DNA of 64,000 nt, taken from assembly GCA_900770335.1 (NCBI GenBank), contig CAAGKD010000094.1, positions 33,789 to 97,788 on the forward strand. The letters run 5' to 3'. A model generated the notes under the pieces. That model saw only the letters and a list, made by a program, of their open reading frames with translations, did no database searches and was not told where the DNA came from. Numbering within the stretch: position 1 is the stretch's first letter; each line of letters begins with the position of its first letter. This document shows positions 1-9,981 of this stretch, piece after piece. The DNA comes from an uncultured Sutterella sp. (lineage in GTDB: Bacteria > Pseudomonadota > Gammaproteobacteria > Burkholderiales > Burkholderiaceae_F). Position numbers and translations under genes: made by a program.

Positions 1-1169
1 AGAACGGAGACGCGTTCACGCTCTTCGCTCCCTCCGAAGGCTCGACGCTCACCGTCAGCTCGGACATCAAGACCGAAGTCCGCAATCCGTTGCTCGCGGC
101 GACGCTCCAGAACGGCGTCCTCTCCGTCGGTCTGAGCGATGCGGCCGAAGCGCAGACCTCCGAGATTCAGGGCGGTCTTCCGCTTCTCTCCGCCGCGCTC
201 TCGGATCAGTCCGCGGCGAACTTCCTCGAATCCGTCTACATGGGCGCCTCGTCCGCCGAAGCCTCGCGCACGGTTGACGTCGCATCGCAGATCGCCGCCG
301 CCGCCGGCGCGCAGCGCATGGCCGTGCAGGCGATGAACGACCAAGTCGATGCGATCTATGACGCGCTCAACGCCTCCGCCGACGGCATCCGCGGCTGGGC
401 CGCAATCACCGGCTCCCGCGTCAAGGTCGACGACCTCTCCGCCGGCTCGAGGGATTACGGCGTCAAGACCGAAATGGGCGGAGCCTCCTTCGGCGCCACC
501 TGGACCGCCGGCGACTTCTCGCTCGGCGCGGCGCTCCATGCAGGCACCGGCACGTCGCGCGGGCAGGGCCGCTTCAGCGGTGCCAAGGCAGAGGCCGACT
601 ACTGCGGCATCTCCGCCTACGGCGCCTTCCAGCTTCCGTTCGAGACCGTCCTCAAGGGCGTCGTCGGCTGGTCTTCGTCCGACAACGATTATTCGTTCAA
701 GGGCCTCAAGGCCTCCGGCGACACGGACGTAATCTATGCGGGGCTGCGCGCCGAGAAAGCCTTCGCGCTTTCGCTGAACGCCTCCGTGACGCCCTACGTC
801 GGCTTCACGTACGCCCGCGTGGAGGCCGATGCCGTCACGATGGGCTTCGCGAACGACAAGACCACGCAGGACATCGTTGAGATCCCCGTCGGCGCCCGCT
901 TCGCCGCGACCTTCAATCAGAACGGCTGGAAGCTTTCTCCGATCCTCGACGTGAACTTCACCCCGACGGCGGGCGACCGCGACGTCGAGACGAAGAGCTA
1001 CGGCGCGGCCGTCACGACCGACGTGCTGACGAAGGGCGTCGCGAACGTCCGGGCGGGGCTTGACGCTGAAAACGGCGCCTTCCGCGTCGGCCTGGATCTC
1101 GGCGGCTCTTTCGGCACCGAGGACACACGCGGATTCTCGGGCCGCATCCGCGTGGGCTATGCGTTCTGA
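1..1169 (+). CDS. C-terminal part of an autotransporter outer-membrane protein (linker plus beta-barrel translocator domain); the 5' end lies upstream of the window
   Basis: The ORF frame is open from the window edge. Gly/Ala/Thr-rich beta-strand pattern ends in RVGYAF, with the C-terminal aromatic residue typical of OM beta-barrels and autotransporters. Confidence 0.6.
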   Translation, partial: NGDAFTLFAPSEGSTLTVSSDIKTEVRNPLLAATLQNGVLSVGLSDAAEAQTSEIQGGLPLLSAALSDQSAANFLESVYMGASSAEASRTVDVASQIAAAAGAQRMAVQAMNDQVDAIYDALNASADGIRGWAAITGSRVKVDDLSAGSRDYGVKTEMGGASFGATWTAGDFSLGAALHAGTGTSRGQGRFSGAKAEADYCGISAYGAFQLPFETVLKGVVGWSSSDNDYSFKGLKASGDTDVIYAGLRAEKAFALSLNASVTPYVGFTYARVEADAVTMGFANDKTTQDIVEIPVGARFAATFNQNGWKLSPILDVNFTPTAGDRDVETKSYGAAVTTDVLTKGVANVRAGLDAENGAFRVGLDLGGSFGTEDTRGFSGRIRVGYAF

Positions 1170-1446
1170 GCGAATTCCCTGAGGCCCTGACCTTCCTCCC
1201 GGCTTTCGCAGTCTTCCAGCTGCGAGGGCCCTGAAGAAGCTGAAGCGAACCCCCTCCCAGTCGAAAGGCTGCGAGGGGGTTTTGCATTTTCCCGCCTTTC
1301 GGTTACAAATTTAACCGCATCCCTACAGGCTTTACGGCCGGGTTTCCGCCGCCGCCATGCCAGTCGGATAGAGTCTTTCCCATCGCAAGAAAAGAGGAAA
1401 CCTCCGTCCGGCTGCGTCCGGCGCAGGCCAACAGGAGTCCACAAAA

Positions 1447-2892
1447 ATGAAGAAGACCTTCACCCAGACGGCGCTCGTCGCCTCGATCTGCGCCGCGCTG
1501 CTCGCCGCCCCGATCGCCCAGGCCGCCGATTCCGCTCCGGCCGCCGAGACCGCGGCCGTCCGCTCGCAGCTCCCTGACTTCGTCAAGCTCGTCGAGGACA
1601 ACGGCGCCGGCGTCGTCAACATCGCCATCACGAAGAACGCCCGCACGGTGGCGTCGCCCTTCGGCTTTCCCGGCATGGACGAGCAGTCCGCCGAGATCTT
1701 CCGCCGCTTCGGCTTCCCGATGCCCTTCGGCGGCGCCGAGGAGATCCCCGAGCAGCACGGCACGGGCTCGGGCTTCATCATCTCGAGCGACGGCCTCATC
1801 ATGACGAACGCCCACGTCGTCGAAGGCGCCGATCAGATCACGGTCCGCCTCACCGACAAGCGCGAGTTCACGGGAAAGGTGCTCGGCACGGACAAACAGA
1901 CCGACATCGCCATCGTGAAGATTGACGCCAAGGACCTGCCCGTTCTCAAGATCGGCAAGTCCGACGCCCTGCGCGTGGGCGAATGGGTGGCCGCGATCGG
2001 CAGCCCCTTCGGCTTGGACAACACCGTGACAGCCGGCATTGTCTCCGCGCTCTCGCGCAACCTCCCGACCGACCAGTACGTTCCGTTCATCCAGACCGAC
2101 GTCGCGGTCAATCCGGGCAACTCCGGCGGCCCGCTCTTCAACATGGCCGGCGAGGTCGTGGGCATCAACTCGCAGATCTTCTCGACCTCGGGCGGCTTCA
2201 TGGGGCTCTCGTTCGCGATTCCGATCGACCTCGCGATGCAGATCAAGGACCAGCTCGTCAAAGACGGCCGCGTGACGCGCGGGTACGTGGGCGTGTACAT
2301 CCAGCAGCTCACGCAGGACCTTGCCGACAGCTTCGGCCTCAAGACCCCCGAGGGCGCGCTCGTGACGAAGGTCGAGAAGGACAGCCCCGCCGAGAAGGCC
2401 GGCCTCAAGGAGGGCGACGTGATCACCGCCTTCAACGGCAGCAAGATCACCTCCTCGGTTTCGCTGCCGATGCTCGTCTCCTCGGTCGCCCCGGGCACGA
2501 AGGCTGAGCTCACGGTCATCCGCGACAAGAAGGAGCGCACGCTTGACGTCACGGTCGGCACGAACCCCAATTCCGAAAAAGCCGGCGCCGACGGCGCGGG
2601 CAAGGCCTCGCACCGCCTCGGCATCGAGGGCCGCATCCTCACCGAGGACGAGAGCCGCGAAGCCGAGACCACCGGCATCCTCGTCACGAAGGTCGGCAAG
2701 TTCGCCGCCTCCGCGGGCCTGCGCACGGGCGACATCATCGTGAGCGCCAACGGCAAGCTCGTCAAGAGCTCGGCGGACCTGCAGAAGGCCTGCCGCGACG
2801 ACCAGGTGCTCCTGCTCGTGCAGCGCGGCGGCGGCCGCATCTTCATCCCCGTCCGCTTCAAGGACGGCAAGGACGCCCGCACCGAACGCTGA
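1447..2892 (+). CDS. Periplasmic serine endoprotease of the DegP/DegQ/MucD (HtrA) family with two PDZ domains
   Basis: Signal peptide MKKTFTQTALVASICAALLAAPIAQAA. Trypsin-like motifs TNAHVV, D-IAIVKI and GNSGGPL, followed by PDZ-like segments. Confidence 0.85.
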   Translation: MKKTFTQTALVASICAALLAAPIAQAADSAPAAETAAVRSQLPDFVKLVEDNGAGVVNIAITKNARTVASPFGFPGMDEQSAEIFRRFGFPMPFGGAEEIPEQHGTGSGFIISSDGLIMTNAHVVEGADQITVRLTDKREFTGKVLGTDKQTDIAIVKIDAKDLPVLKIGKSDALRVGEWVAAIGSPFGLDNTVTAGIVSALSRNLPTDQYVPFIQTDVAVNPGNSGGPLFNMAGEVVGINSQIFSTSGGFMGLSFAIPIDLAMQIKDQLVKDGRVTRGYVGVYIQQLTQDLADSFGLKTPEGALVTKVEKDSPAEKAGLKEGDVITAFNGSKITSSVSLPMLVSSVAPGTKAELTVIRDKKERTLDVTVGTNPNSEKAGADGAGKASHRLGIEGRILTEDESREAETTGILVTKVGKFAASAGLRTGDIIVSANGKLVKSSADLQKACRDDQVLLLVQRGGGRIFIPVRFKDGKDARTER

Positions 2893-2946
2893 TCCGCCTT
2901 CCGGCAAAAGCTCCGGGCCGCCCTGCTGCGGCGGCCCGCCCGGGAG

Positions 2947-2993
2947 AAAAAAATCCCTGTCCGTCATCACGATCCGGACAGGGATTTTCTTTT
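2947..2993. terminator. Bidirectional rho-independent terminator between the convergent degP-like and tetR-like genes
   Basis: An A-run, then stem atccctgtccg/cggacagggat, then a T-run (aaaaaaatccctgtccg...cggacagggattttctttt). Confidence 0.6.
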
Positions 2994-3016
2994 GCGCGGG
3001 CACTGACCCCGGCGGA

Positions 3017-3775
3017 TCAGCCTTCGCCCAGGATGGGGAAGATCTCCTCGATCGTCCTGCCGCGGGCGCTCGCCTCATCGAAGAGCCAGAGCACGCGCAT
3101 GCGTTCGATCGCGGTCCGCCTCACCGCCTCCCGGCTTGCGCCGGGATTGAAGAGAAGCGCGCCGCGCATCCCCTCGAGCGAGGCGCGAATCAGGATGATC
3201 TTCGCCTCGAGCTGCTCGTCGGATTCGCCCTGAATGCGGCAGGACGAGCTCCGGCGGATGAGCTCGATCACGTGGCGGCAGATGTCCGCGTTCGCCTCGG
3301 ACTCGATCTCCAGGACGCGGGGGTTCACGAGCGCCTCGCTTGCAATGAAGATCGAGAGGCGCATCGCCTCGGGGTCCATGTACGCGTCGACGAGCTCGGT
3401 GATGTGGCGCGTCATGCGCTCCGCATCGCTCTCGCCGGGCAGCTCCGCCGTAGAGTTCGTCACCATCGCAAGGAAGTTCTGCGTGCGGCGCCTCACGAGC
3501 GCCTCAACGATCGCCTCCTTGTTCTGGAAGTAGTTGTAGAGGTTCCCGAGGCTCTTGCCGCTCTCGCTCGCGATGTCGCGGAGCTTGAGCTGGTGAAGGC
3601 CGTTCCTGAGCACGCACCGCTCGGCCGCGTCAACGATCTCCTCGCGGCACTGCTCGACATCGCACGAGGGGCGCCAGCCGCGGCGCCTGGCGGCGGCCGG
3701 AGCCTCATCGAGCGCCTCGGCCCCGTCCGCGCCCGAGGCGCGGGCGGGATGCCTCGCTTCCTTCACGGGGCTCAC
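3017..3775 (-). CDS. TetR/AcrR-family transcriptional regulator at the 3' end of the RND operon
   Basis: HTH region LRDIASESGKSLGNLYNYFQNKEAIVEAL. Apparent GTG start overlaps the outer-membrane-factor stop as GTGA. The Ala/Arg-rich N-terminal extension leaves the true start uncertain. Confidence 0.7.
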   Translation of the reverse strand: MSPVKEARHPARASGADGAEALDEAPAAARRRGWRPSCDVEQCREEIVDAAERCVLRNGLHQLKLRDIASESGKSLGNLYNYFQNKEAIVEALVRRRTQNFLAMVTNSTAELPGESDAERMTRHITELVDAYMDPEAMRLSIFIASEALVNPRVLEIESEANADICRHVIELIRRSSSCRIQGESDEQLEAKIILIRASLEGMRGALLFNPGASREAVRRTAIERMRVLWLFDEASARGRTIEEIFPILGEG

Positions 3776-5205
3776 TCGGCGGCCTTCGCGTCGGCCGCTC
3801 CGGTCTTTTCAGCAAGCGTCGTGCCGCCGCCGAGGACCTTGTAGAGCGTCACGAGGCTCGAGGCGCGGGAGAGCTCGGCGCTGATCAGCTGCTGATCGGC
3901 GGCGACCTTCGCGCGCTGCATCTCGAGGACCTCGGTGAAGGCCGCGGCGCCCGCCTTGTAGCGCGAGCTCGAGAGCTCGTAGGCCTTCTCCGCGGCGTCG
4001 GCGTAGTCGCGGCGGGCGGCGAGCTCGCGCTCGACGGTGCCCTCGGTCGCGAGCGCGTCGGCGACCTCGCGGAATGCGGTCTGGATCGACTTCTCATAGG
4101 TGGCCGCGGCGATCTGCTGCGAGGCCTCGGCCGAACGGAGGTTCGCTAGGTTCGCGCCGCCCGTGAAGATCGGCAGCGAGATGCTCGGCGCAAAGCTCCA
4201 CACGCCCGTGCCACGGGCGAAGAGGTCGTCCAAGTGCATCGCGCCCCCGGTCGAGCCGGCGGCGGCGGTGAGCGAGACGCTCGGGAAGAAGGCCGCGCGC
4301 GCGACGCCGATGTTGGCGTTGGCGGCGATCATCCCGCGCTCGGCGGACATGATGTCGGGGCGGTTGAGCAGAACCTCGCTCGGCACGCCCTCGGGGAGCG
4401 TAGCGGGCAGGGTCGCGCCAAGGACGAGCGCCTCGGGCAGAAGCGCGTCGTCGACCTTCGCGCCGACGAGCAGCTCGATGGCGTTGCGGTCCTGCGCGAC
4501 GGCGCGAACGTACGAGGCGATCTGCGCGCGCGCGGAGGCGACGGTCGTGCGGGCCTGCTCGTAGTCGAGCTGGCTCGAGGCGCCGTACTTGTAGGAGTCC
4601 TCGACGAGGCGGAAGCTCTCCTCCTGGCTTGCGAGCTCCTCCTGCTGGAGCTTGAGCTGCGCGCGGTCGGCGCCGAGCGTGAGCCAGGCCATGGCGACCT
4701 CGGCGATGAGCGAGCCCTGCGCGGAGCGCTGGGCGTCCTCACTCTGGAGGTACGACTGCAGGGCGGACTCGGTGAGGTTCCTCACGCGGCCGAAGAAGTC
4801 GATCTCATAGCTCGCCATCGCAAGCTGGGCGGTGTACTGGTGCGTCGTCGATCCGCCGCGGGTGTCCGCGGCGGCGTTGCTCGCGCGGGCGGCGACGGTC
4901 GGGAAGAGATCGGCGCGCTGCACGCCGTAGAGGGCACGCGCCTTCTCGACGTTGAGGGCGCTGATGCGCAGGTCGCGGTTGTTCTCGAGCGCGGCGCCGA
5001 TCACCTGGCGAAGGCGCTCGTCGCGGAAGAACGACTGCCACTCGGGCAGCGCCTCGCGCTTGAGCTCGCTCTGCTGATAGGCCTCGCCCTGAGGCCACGC
5101 CTCGGCAACGGGCGAAGCGGGTCGCTCGTAGTCGGGCGCGAGATTCACGCAGCCCGTGAGCGCCAGAGCCGCGGCGAGCGGCAGGATGGGCAGAATTTTC
5201 TTCAT
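3772..5205 (-). CDS. Efflux transporter outer-membrane factor lipoprotein (NodT/OprM family)
   Basis: Lipobox LALTGC after the signal peptide; length 477 aa; characteristic helix-rich OMF sequence with YxxQ repeats. Confidence 0.85.
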   Translation of the reverse strand: MKKILPILPLAAALALTGCVNLAPDYERPASPVAEAWPQGEAYQQSELKREALPEWQSFFRDERLRQVIGAALENNRDLRISALNVEKARALYGVQRADLFPTVAARASNAAADTRGGSTTHQYTAQLAMASYEIDFFGRVRNLTESALQSYLQSEDAQRSAQGSLIAEVAMAWLTLGADRAQLKLQQEELASQEESFRLVEDSYKYGASSQLDYEQARTTVASARAQIASYVRAVAQDRNAIELLVGAKVDDALLPEALVLGATLPATLPEGVPSEVLLNRPDIMSAERGMIAANANIGVARAAFFPSVSLTAAAGSTGGAMHLDDLFARGTGVWSFAPSISLPIFTGGANLANLRSAEASQQIAAATYEKSIQTAFREVADALATEGTVERELAARRDYADAAEKAYELSSSRYKAGAAAFTEVLEMQRAKVAADQQLISAELSRASSLVTLYKVLGGGTTLAEKTGAADAKAAE

Positions 5206-5291
5206 GGCGATTCCCGTCCCCGTTGGGACGGGCCTAGGTTGATCTGTTCTCTTGGGAGCCGCGCCCGGCCGGGCGCGGCTCCCGGGATGCG

Positions 5292-8200
5292 TCAGGCCTG
5301 AACGGACCCCGTCTTCACGGGCTCGACGTTCGCCTCATCGGCTCCGGCCGCCTTCTCCGCCTCAGGGCCCTTCGGGGCCTCGGGAGCGGGATGCTTCGGA
5401 CCGAAGAGGTTCGAGGCGCGGGTGACGAAGACGAAGAAGGCGGGCACGAAGAGCACGCACAGGAGCGTGCCGGTGACCATGCCGCCCAGGACGCCCACGC
5501 CGATGGCGTTCTGCGCGCCCGAGCCGGCGCCGTGCGCCACCGTGAGCGGCAGCACGCCGAGGCCGAAGGCGAGTGAGGTCATCAGGATCGGACGCAGGCG
5601 CAGCTGGACCGCGTGGAGCGCCGCGCGGACGATCTCCTCGCCCTTGTCGTGCAGGTCCTTGGCGAACTCGACGATCAGAATCGCGTTCTTGCTCACCAGG
5701 CCCATCGTCGTGAGCATGCCGACCTTGAAGTACACGTCGTTGCTCATGTTGAGGATCCAAGTGAGGCCGAGGGCGCCCACGATGCCGCACGGAATAACGA
5801 GGAGGACGGCGATGGGCACCGACCAGCTCTCATAGAGGGCCGCAAGGCAGAGGAACACCACAAGGAGCGAGATAGCGTACAGCGCCATCTCCTGCGAGCC
5901 GGCCTGGCGCTCCTGATAGGACACGCCGTTCCAGGAGATGCCGTAGCCCTCCGGGAAGACCTTCTGCGCGATCTCCTCGACGGCCGCCATCGCGACGCCC
6001 GAGGAGACGCCCTTGGCCGGGCTGCCCTGGATGTTCACGGAGGCGAGGCCGTTGAAGCGCTCGAGGTTCGGGCTGCCGTAGTTCCAGCTCATCGTCGTGA
6101 AGGCCGAAAGCGGCACCATCTCGCCGCGGCTGTTGCGGATCTTCCAACGCTTGAGATCCTCGGGCTGCATGCGCGAGGACTCCTCGCCCTGCACCCAGAC
6201 CTCCTTGATTCGACCGCGGTCGAGGAAGTCGTTCACGTACGAGCCGGCGAGCGCCGTCGAGATGGTGGAGTTCACCGTCGCGATGTCCAGGTCGAGCGCG
6301 GAGAGCTTCTCGTAGTCGAGCGTGAGCTTCATCTGCGCGGTGTCGTCCATGCCGTTGTGGCGGACCATCGTGAGGCGCGGATCCTGGTTGGCGGCGGCGA
6401 GGAACTTGTTGCGGACCTCCATGAGCTTCGCATGGCCCTGGCCCTTCTGGTCCTGGATGAAGAAGTCGAAGCCGTCGGCGACGCCGAGCTCAGGCACTGA
6501 GGGCAGCGGGAACACGAACGTGCTCGCGTTCTTGAAGTCCGGAGCCATCATGAAGGCGCCCATCGAGCGGCCCTGGAGGGCCTCGACGCTCTGCGCGGGG
6601 CTCGGACGCTCCTCCCAGTCCTTGAGCTTGAGGAAGCCCAGGGCCATGTTCTGGCCCGAACCGGCGAAGGAGAAGCCGCGCACGGCGAAGAAGCTGTCGA
6701 GCGTGTCCTTCTCGGCCTTCTCGAGGTACCCCTCGACGCGCTTGATCTCGCGGTCCGTGCGCTCCATGGTCGCACCCTGCGGCAGCTGCATGGTGAGCAG
6801 CGCCACGCCCTGGTCCTCGGCCGGCATGAAGCCGGTGGGGAGCTTCATGAAGCCCCAGATCATGCCGCCGAAGACGATGCCGTAGCAGACGACGAGCAGG
6901 AGCGGATGGTGAACGAAGGTGCCCACGAAGGCGCTCACCCCGTGGGTGAACTCTTCAAAGCCGCTGTTGAACCAGCCGAAGAAGCCCCCCTTGCCCATGT
7001 GGGCGTCGTGGTCGATCGGCTTGAGCATCTTCGCGCACAGGGCCGGCGTGAGCGTCAGGGCAACGACGACCGAGAGCACCATCGCCGAGACGATCGTCAC
7101 GGAGAACTGGCGGTAGATGACGCCCGTGGAGCCGCCGAAGAAGGCCATCGGAACGAACACGGCCGAAAGCACCATCGCGATGCCCACAAGCGCGCCCGTG
7201 ATCTGCCCCATCGACTTGACCGTCGCGTCATGCGGGCTCGAGCCGTCCTCGCGCATCACGCGCTCGACGTTTTCCACGACGACGATCGCGTCGTCGACGA
7301 GCAGGCCGATCGCAAGCACCATGGCGAACATGGTGAGCATGTTGATCGAGAAGCCCGTAATCGAGAGCATGCCGAACGTGCCGAGCAGCACCACCGGAAC
7401 GGCGATGGTCGGAATGATCGTGGCGCGCCAGTTCTGCAGAAAGAAGAACATCACGCACACGACGAGCACGATGGCCTCGACGAGGGTCTTGATGACCTCG
7501 TGCAGGGCCGCGCGCACGAACGGAGTCGTGTCGAACGGAATCACCGCCTCGACGCCCTGGGGCATGAGGTGCTTGAGGCTCTCGACGCACTCCATGACGT
7601 TCGCCTGCGTCTCAAGGGCGTTCGCGCCCGAGGCGAGCTTGACGGCGATGCCCGAGGAGGGATAGCCGCTATACGTGGCGAAGGCCGAGTAGGACTGCTG
7701 GCCGAGACTCACCTCGGCGACGTCGCGCAGGTACACGTTGGCGCCCGCGTCGGTCACCTTGAGGAGGATGTTGCGGAACTGCTCGGGAGTCTGCAGGAGG
7801 CTCGCCGAGGAGATCGTCGCCGTGTACTCCTGCTTGCCGTTCGTCGGCTGGCCGGCGAGGCTGCCCGAGGAGACCTGGGCGTTCTGCGCGGAGATTGCGC
7901 CGGTGACGTCGGAGGGGTTGAGCCCGTACTTGACGAGCTTGTCCGGGTCGAGCCAGACGCGCATGGCGTAGGAAGCGCCGAACACCTGCACTTCACCCAC
8001 GCCGCTCACGCGCGAGAGCGGCTCCTTGACGCTCGAGACGAGGAAGTCGCCCAGGTCGCCCGAGGTGAGCGCGCCGTCGCGGCTGATGAAGCCCACGACC
8101 ATCAGGAAGTTGGCCGAGGTCTTCTGAATCGTCACGCCGAGCTGCTGCACGACCTGCGGCAGGCTCGTGAGGGCGGTCTGGATCTTGTTCTGGACCTGCA

Positions 8201-8516
8201 CCTGCGCCATGTCGGGGTTGGTGCCCGCCTCGAACGTGACCGTGATGCTCACGCGGCCCGACGAGTCGGAGGTCGAGTTCATGTAGAGGTACCCGTCAAG
8301 ACCCGTGAGGTTCTGCTCGATCACCTGAGTGACGGTGTTCTCGATGGTCTCGGCCGAGGCGCCGGGGTAGTTCGCGGTGATGCTCACCTGCGGAGGCGCG
8401 ATCTGCGGATACTGGCTCACGGGCAGCGTCGAGATCGACAGCAGGCCCGCAAGCATGATCACGATCGCGATAACCCACGAGAAGATGGGGCGATCAATGA
8501 AAAAACGCGAAAACAT
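5292..8516 (-). CDS. RND multidrug efflux permease (AcrB/MexB-like)
   Basis: 1074 aa; N-terminus MFSRFFIDRPIFSWVIAIVIMLAG; twelve-TM RND architecture. Confidence 0.9.
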   Translation of the reverse strand: MFSRFFIDRPIFSWVIAIVIMLAGLLSISTLPVSQYPQIAPPQVSITANYPGASAETIENTVTQVIEQNLTGLDGYLYMNSTSDSSGRVSITVTFEAGTNPDMAQVQVQNKIQTALTSLPQVVQQLGVTIQKTSANFLMVVGFISRDGALTSGDLGDFLVSSVKEPLSRVSGVGEVQVFGASYAMRVWLDPDKLVKYGLNPSDVTGAISAQNAQVSSGSLAGQPTNGKQEYTATISSASLLQTPEQFRNILLKVTDAGANVYLRDVAEVSLGQQSYSAFATYSGYPSSGIAVKLASGANALETQANVMECVESLKHLMPQGVEAVIPFDTTPFVRAALHEVIKTLVEAIVLVVCVMFFFLQNWRATIIPTIAVPVVLLGTFGMLSITGFSINMLTMFAMVLAIGLLVDDAIVVVENVERVMREDGSSPHDATVKSMGQITGALVGIAMVLSAVFVPMAFFGGSTGVIYRQFSVTIVSAMVLSVVVALTLTPALCAKMLKPIDHDAHMGKGGFFGWFNSGFEEFTHGVSAFVGTFVHHPLLLVVCYGIVFGGMIWGFMKLPTGFMPAEDQGVALLTMQLPQGATMERTDREIKRVEGYLEKAEKDTLDSFFAVRGFSFAGSGQNMALGFLKLKDWEERPSPAQSVEALQGRSMGAFMMAPDFKNASTFVFPLPSVPELGVADGFDFFIQDQKGQGHAKLMEVRNKFLAAANQDPRLTMVRHNGMDDTAQMKLTLDYEKLSALDLDIATVNSTISTALAGSYVNDFLDRGRIKEVWVQGEESSRMQPEDLKRWKIRNSRGEMVPLSAFTTMSWNYGSPNLERFNGLASVNIQGSPAKGVSSGVAMAAVEEIAQKVFPEGYGISWNGVSYQERQAGSQEMALYAISLLVVFLCLAALYESWSVPIAVLLVIPCGIVGALGLTWILNMSNDVYFKVGMLTTMGLVSKNAILIVEFAKDLHDKGEEIVRAALHAVQLRLRPILMTSLAFGLGVLPLTVAHGAGSGAQNAIGVGVLGGMVTGTLLCVLFVPAFFVFVTRASNLFGPKHPAPEAPKGPEAEKAAGADEANVEPVKTGSVQA

Positions 8517-8532
8517 GAATCAGCGTCTCCGG

Positions 8533-9729
8533 TTAGAAGAGGGGCTTGCCCTCGGGAGCCGTCTTGGGGTCGAACTCCTTGGCCGAGACGACGGCACCCG
8601 GCGCCGTGCGCTGGAAGCCCTCGTACATCACGCGGTCGCCCGCCTTGACGCCGCTCGTGACGAGCCAGTGCTGGCCGATCGTGCGCTCGACCTCGATCGC
8701 GCGCTGCTCGACCTTACCGTCCTCGCCGACGACGTAGACGTAGGGGTTGCCGCGCAGGTCGCGCATGACGGACTGCATGTGCACGAGGATGCCCTCGGGG
8801 CGGACGCCCTCGACGAGGCTCGCGCGCACGAACATGCCCGGGAGGAGCTGGCGCTGCGGATTCGGAACGACCGCGCGGAGCTTGACCGTGCCGGTGCTCT
8901 CGTCAACCTGGGCGTCGGTGAAGGTGAGCTTGCCGATCTCGGAGTAGGACGAGCCGTCCGAGAGCAGGATCTTCACCGCGGCCGAGCCGTCGGCGTCGGT
9001 GCGAAGCTCGCCCGAGGCGATCTCGCGCTGCATGCGCAACAGGTCCTCGGCGGTCTGCGTCACGTCGACGTAGATCGGATCGAGCTGCTGGACGGTCGTG
9101 AGCGCCTGGCTCTGGTAGGCCGAGAGGAGCGCGCCTTCGGTGAACTCCGAGCGCGAGACGCGGCCGGAGATCGGGGAGCGGACCTTGGTGTAGTCGACGT
9201 TGATCTGGGCGGTGAGGACGGCGGCCTCGCCGGACTTTACGGAGGCCTGCGCGGTGCGCAGCGCCGCCTGGGCGGCGTCGTCGGACTGCTTGGAGACGGC
9301 CTTGACCTTCACAAGCTCGGAGGAGCGCTTCGCGTCGGCGACGGCCTTCGTGAGGCTCGCGCGGGCCTGGGCGAGCGTCGCTTGGGCGGTCTTGAGCTGG
9401 GCGTCATAGAGCGCGGGATCGATCTGGTAGAGCTGGTCGCCGGCCTTGACCTCCTGGCCCTCGGTGAAGAGGCGCTTCTGGAGAATGCCGTTCACCTGCG
9501 GGCGGATCTCAGAGACGTTGTAGGCGCTCGTGCGGCCCGTGAGAACCGAGTCGATCTGAACCGCCTCGGGCTTGACCGTGACGACGACGACCTCGACGGG
9601 GGGCCTGCCCTGGGCCTGCACGGCGCCCTCGGCGGCCTGCGCGGCGGGAATGACCGCCCCGGTCGCGAGCGCGGCGGCTCCGATGGCGAGGACTGCGGCC
9701 GCATGGATGGATTTCTGAGTGAACAGCAT
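8533..9729 (-). CDS. RND efflux periplasmic adaptor (membrane fusion protein, AcrA/MexA family)
   Basis: 398 aa with signal peptide, coiled-coil and lipoyl-like segments. Sits immediately upstream of the pump gene with a 17 bp gap. Confidence 0.85.
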   Translation of the reverse strand: MLFTQKSIHAAAVLAIGAAALATGAVIPAAQAAEGAVQAQGRPPVEVVVVTVKPEAVQIDSVLTGRTSAYNVSEIRPQVNGILQKRLFTEGQEVKAGDQLYQIDPALYDAQLKTAQATLAQARASLTKAVADAKRSSELVKVKAVSKQSDDAAQAALRTAQASVKSGEAAVLTAQINVDYTKVRSPISGRVSRSEFTEGALLSAYQSQALTTVQQLDPIYVDVTQTAEDLLRMQREIASGELRTDADGSAAVKILLSDGSSYSEIGKLTFTDAQVDESTGTVKLRAVVPNPQRQLLPGMFVRASLVEGVRPEGILVHMQSVMRDLRGNPYVYVVGEDGKVEQRAIEVERTIGQHWLVTSGVKAGDRVMYEGFQRTAPGAVVSAKEFDPKTAPEGKPLF

Positions 9730-9781
9730 TCTCAGTACAACCTTGGTTGTGGATTAATTCAAAGCGTTTGGAATCTTTTCA

Positions 9782-9815
9782 GTGAACAATCGTTCACCGC
9801 TGAACAAGGGTTCAG
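9782..9815. promoter_or_regulatory. Tandem inverted-repeat operator candidate in the divergent RND/marC promoter region
   Basis: GTGAACAATCGTTCAC (9782-9797) and CTGAACAAGGGTTCAG (9800-9815). Five alternating TGAAC/GTTCA half-sites sit about 55-85 bp upstream of the adaptor start codon. Confidence 0.5.
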
Positions 9816-9981
9816 TTTATAGCACAAGACTGAGGGTTGAATGGGGCCGCAGAAAAGCGTTTTTTTGCCATTTCGCACATGCATGCGACTAAAATTCTCC
9901 GGTTCGGGAAGGCCCGGCGGACCGCTCGTCCGACGCCTCGCCGCGCCCCGCTCACTCCGCTTCCTTCCGGACTCCGGAACC

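Noticed and set aside
1303-3078. A 591-aa minus-strand ORF, and many other long Arg/Ala/Gly/Pro-rich ORFs listed antisense to real genes (e.g. 4234-5301, 6906-8648, 8377-9822, 11041-12870, 12479-15175, 18751-20460, 23607-26135, 32902-34611, 36656-39037, 58071-60050)
   Set aside because: They have low-complexity composition typical of out-of-frame translation of GC-rich coding DNA. Each lies entirely within or opposite a well-supported conserved gene, and none has a recognisable domain.
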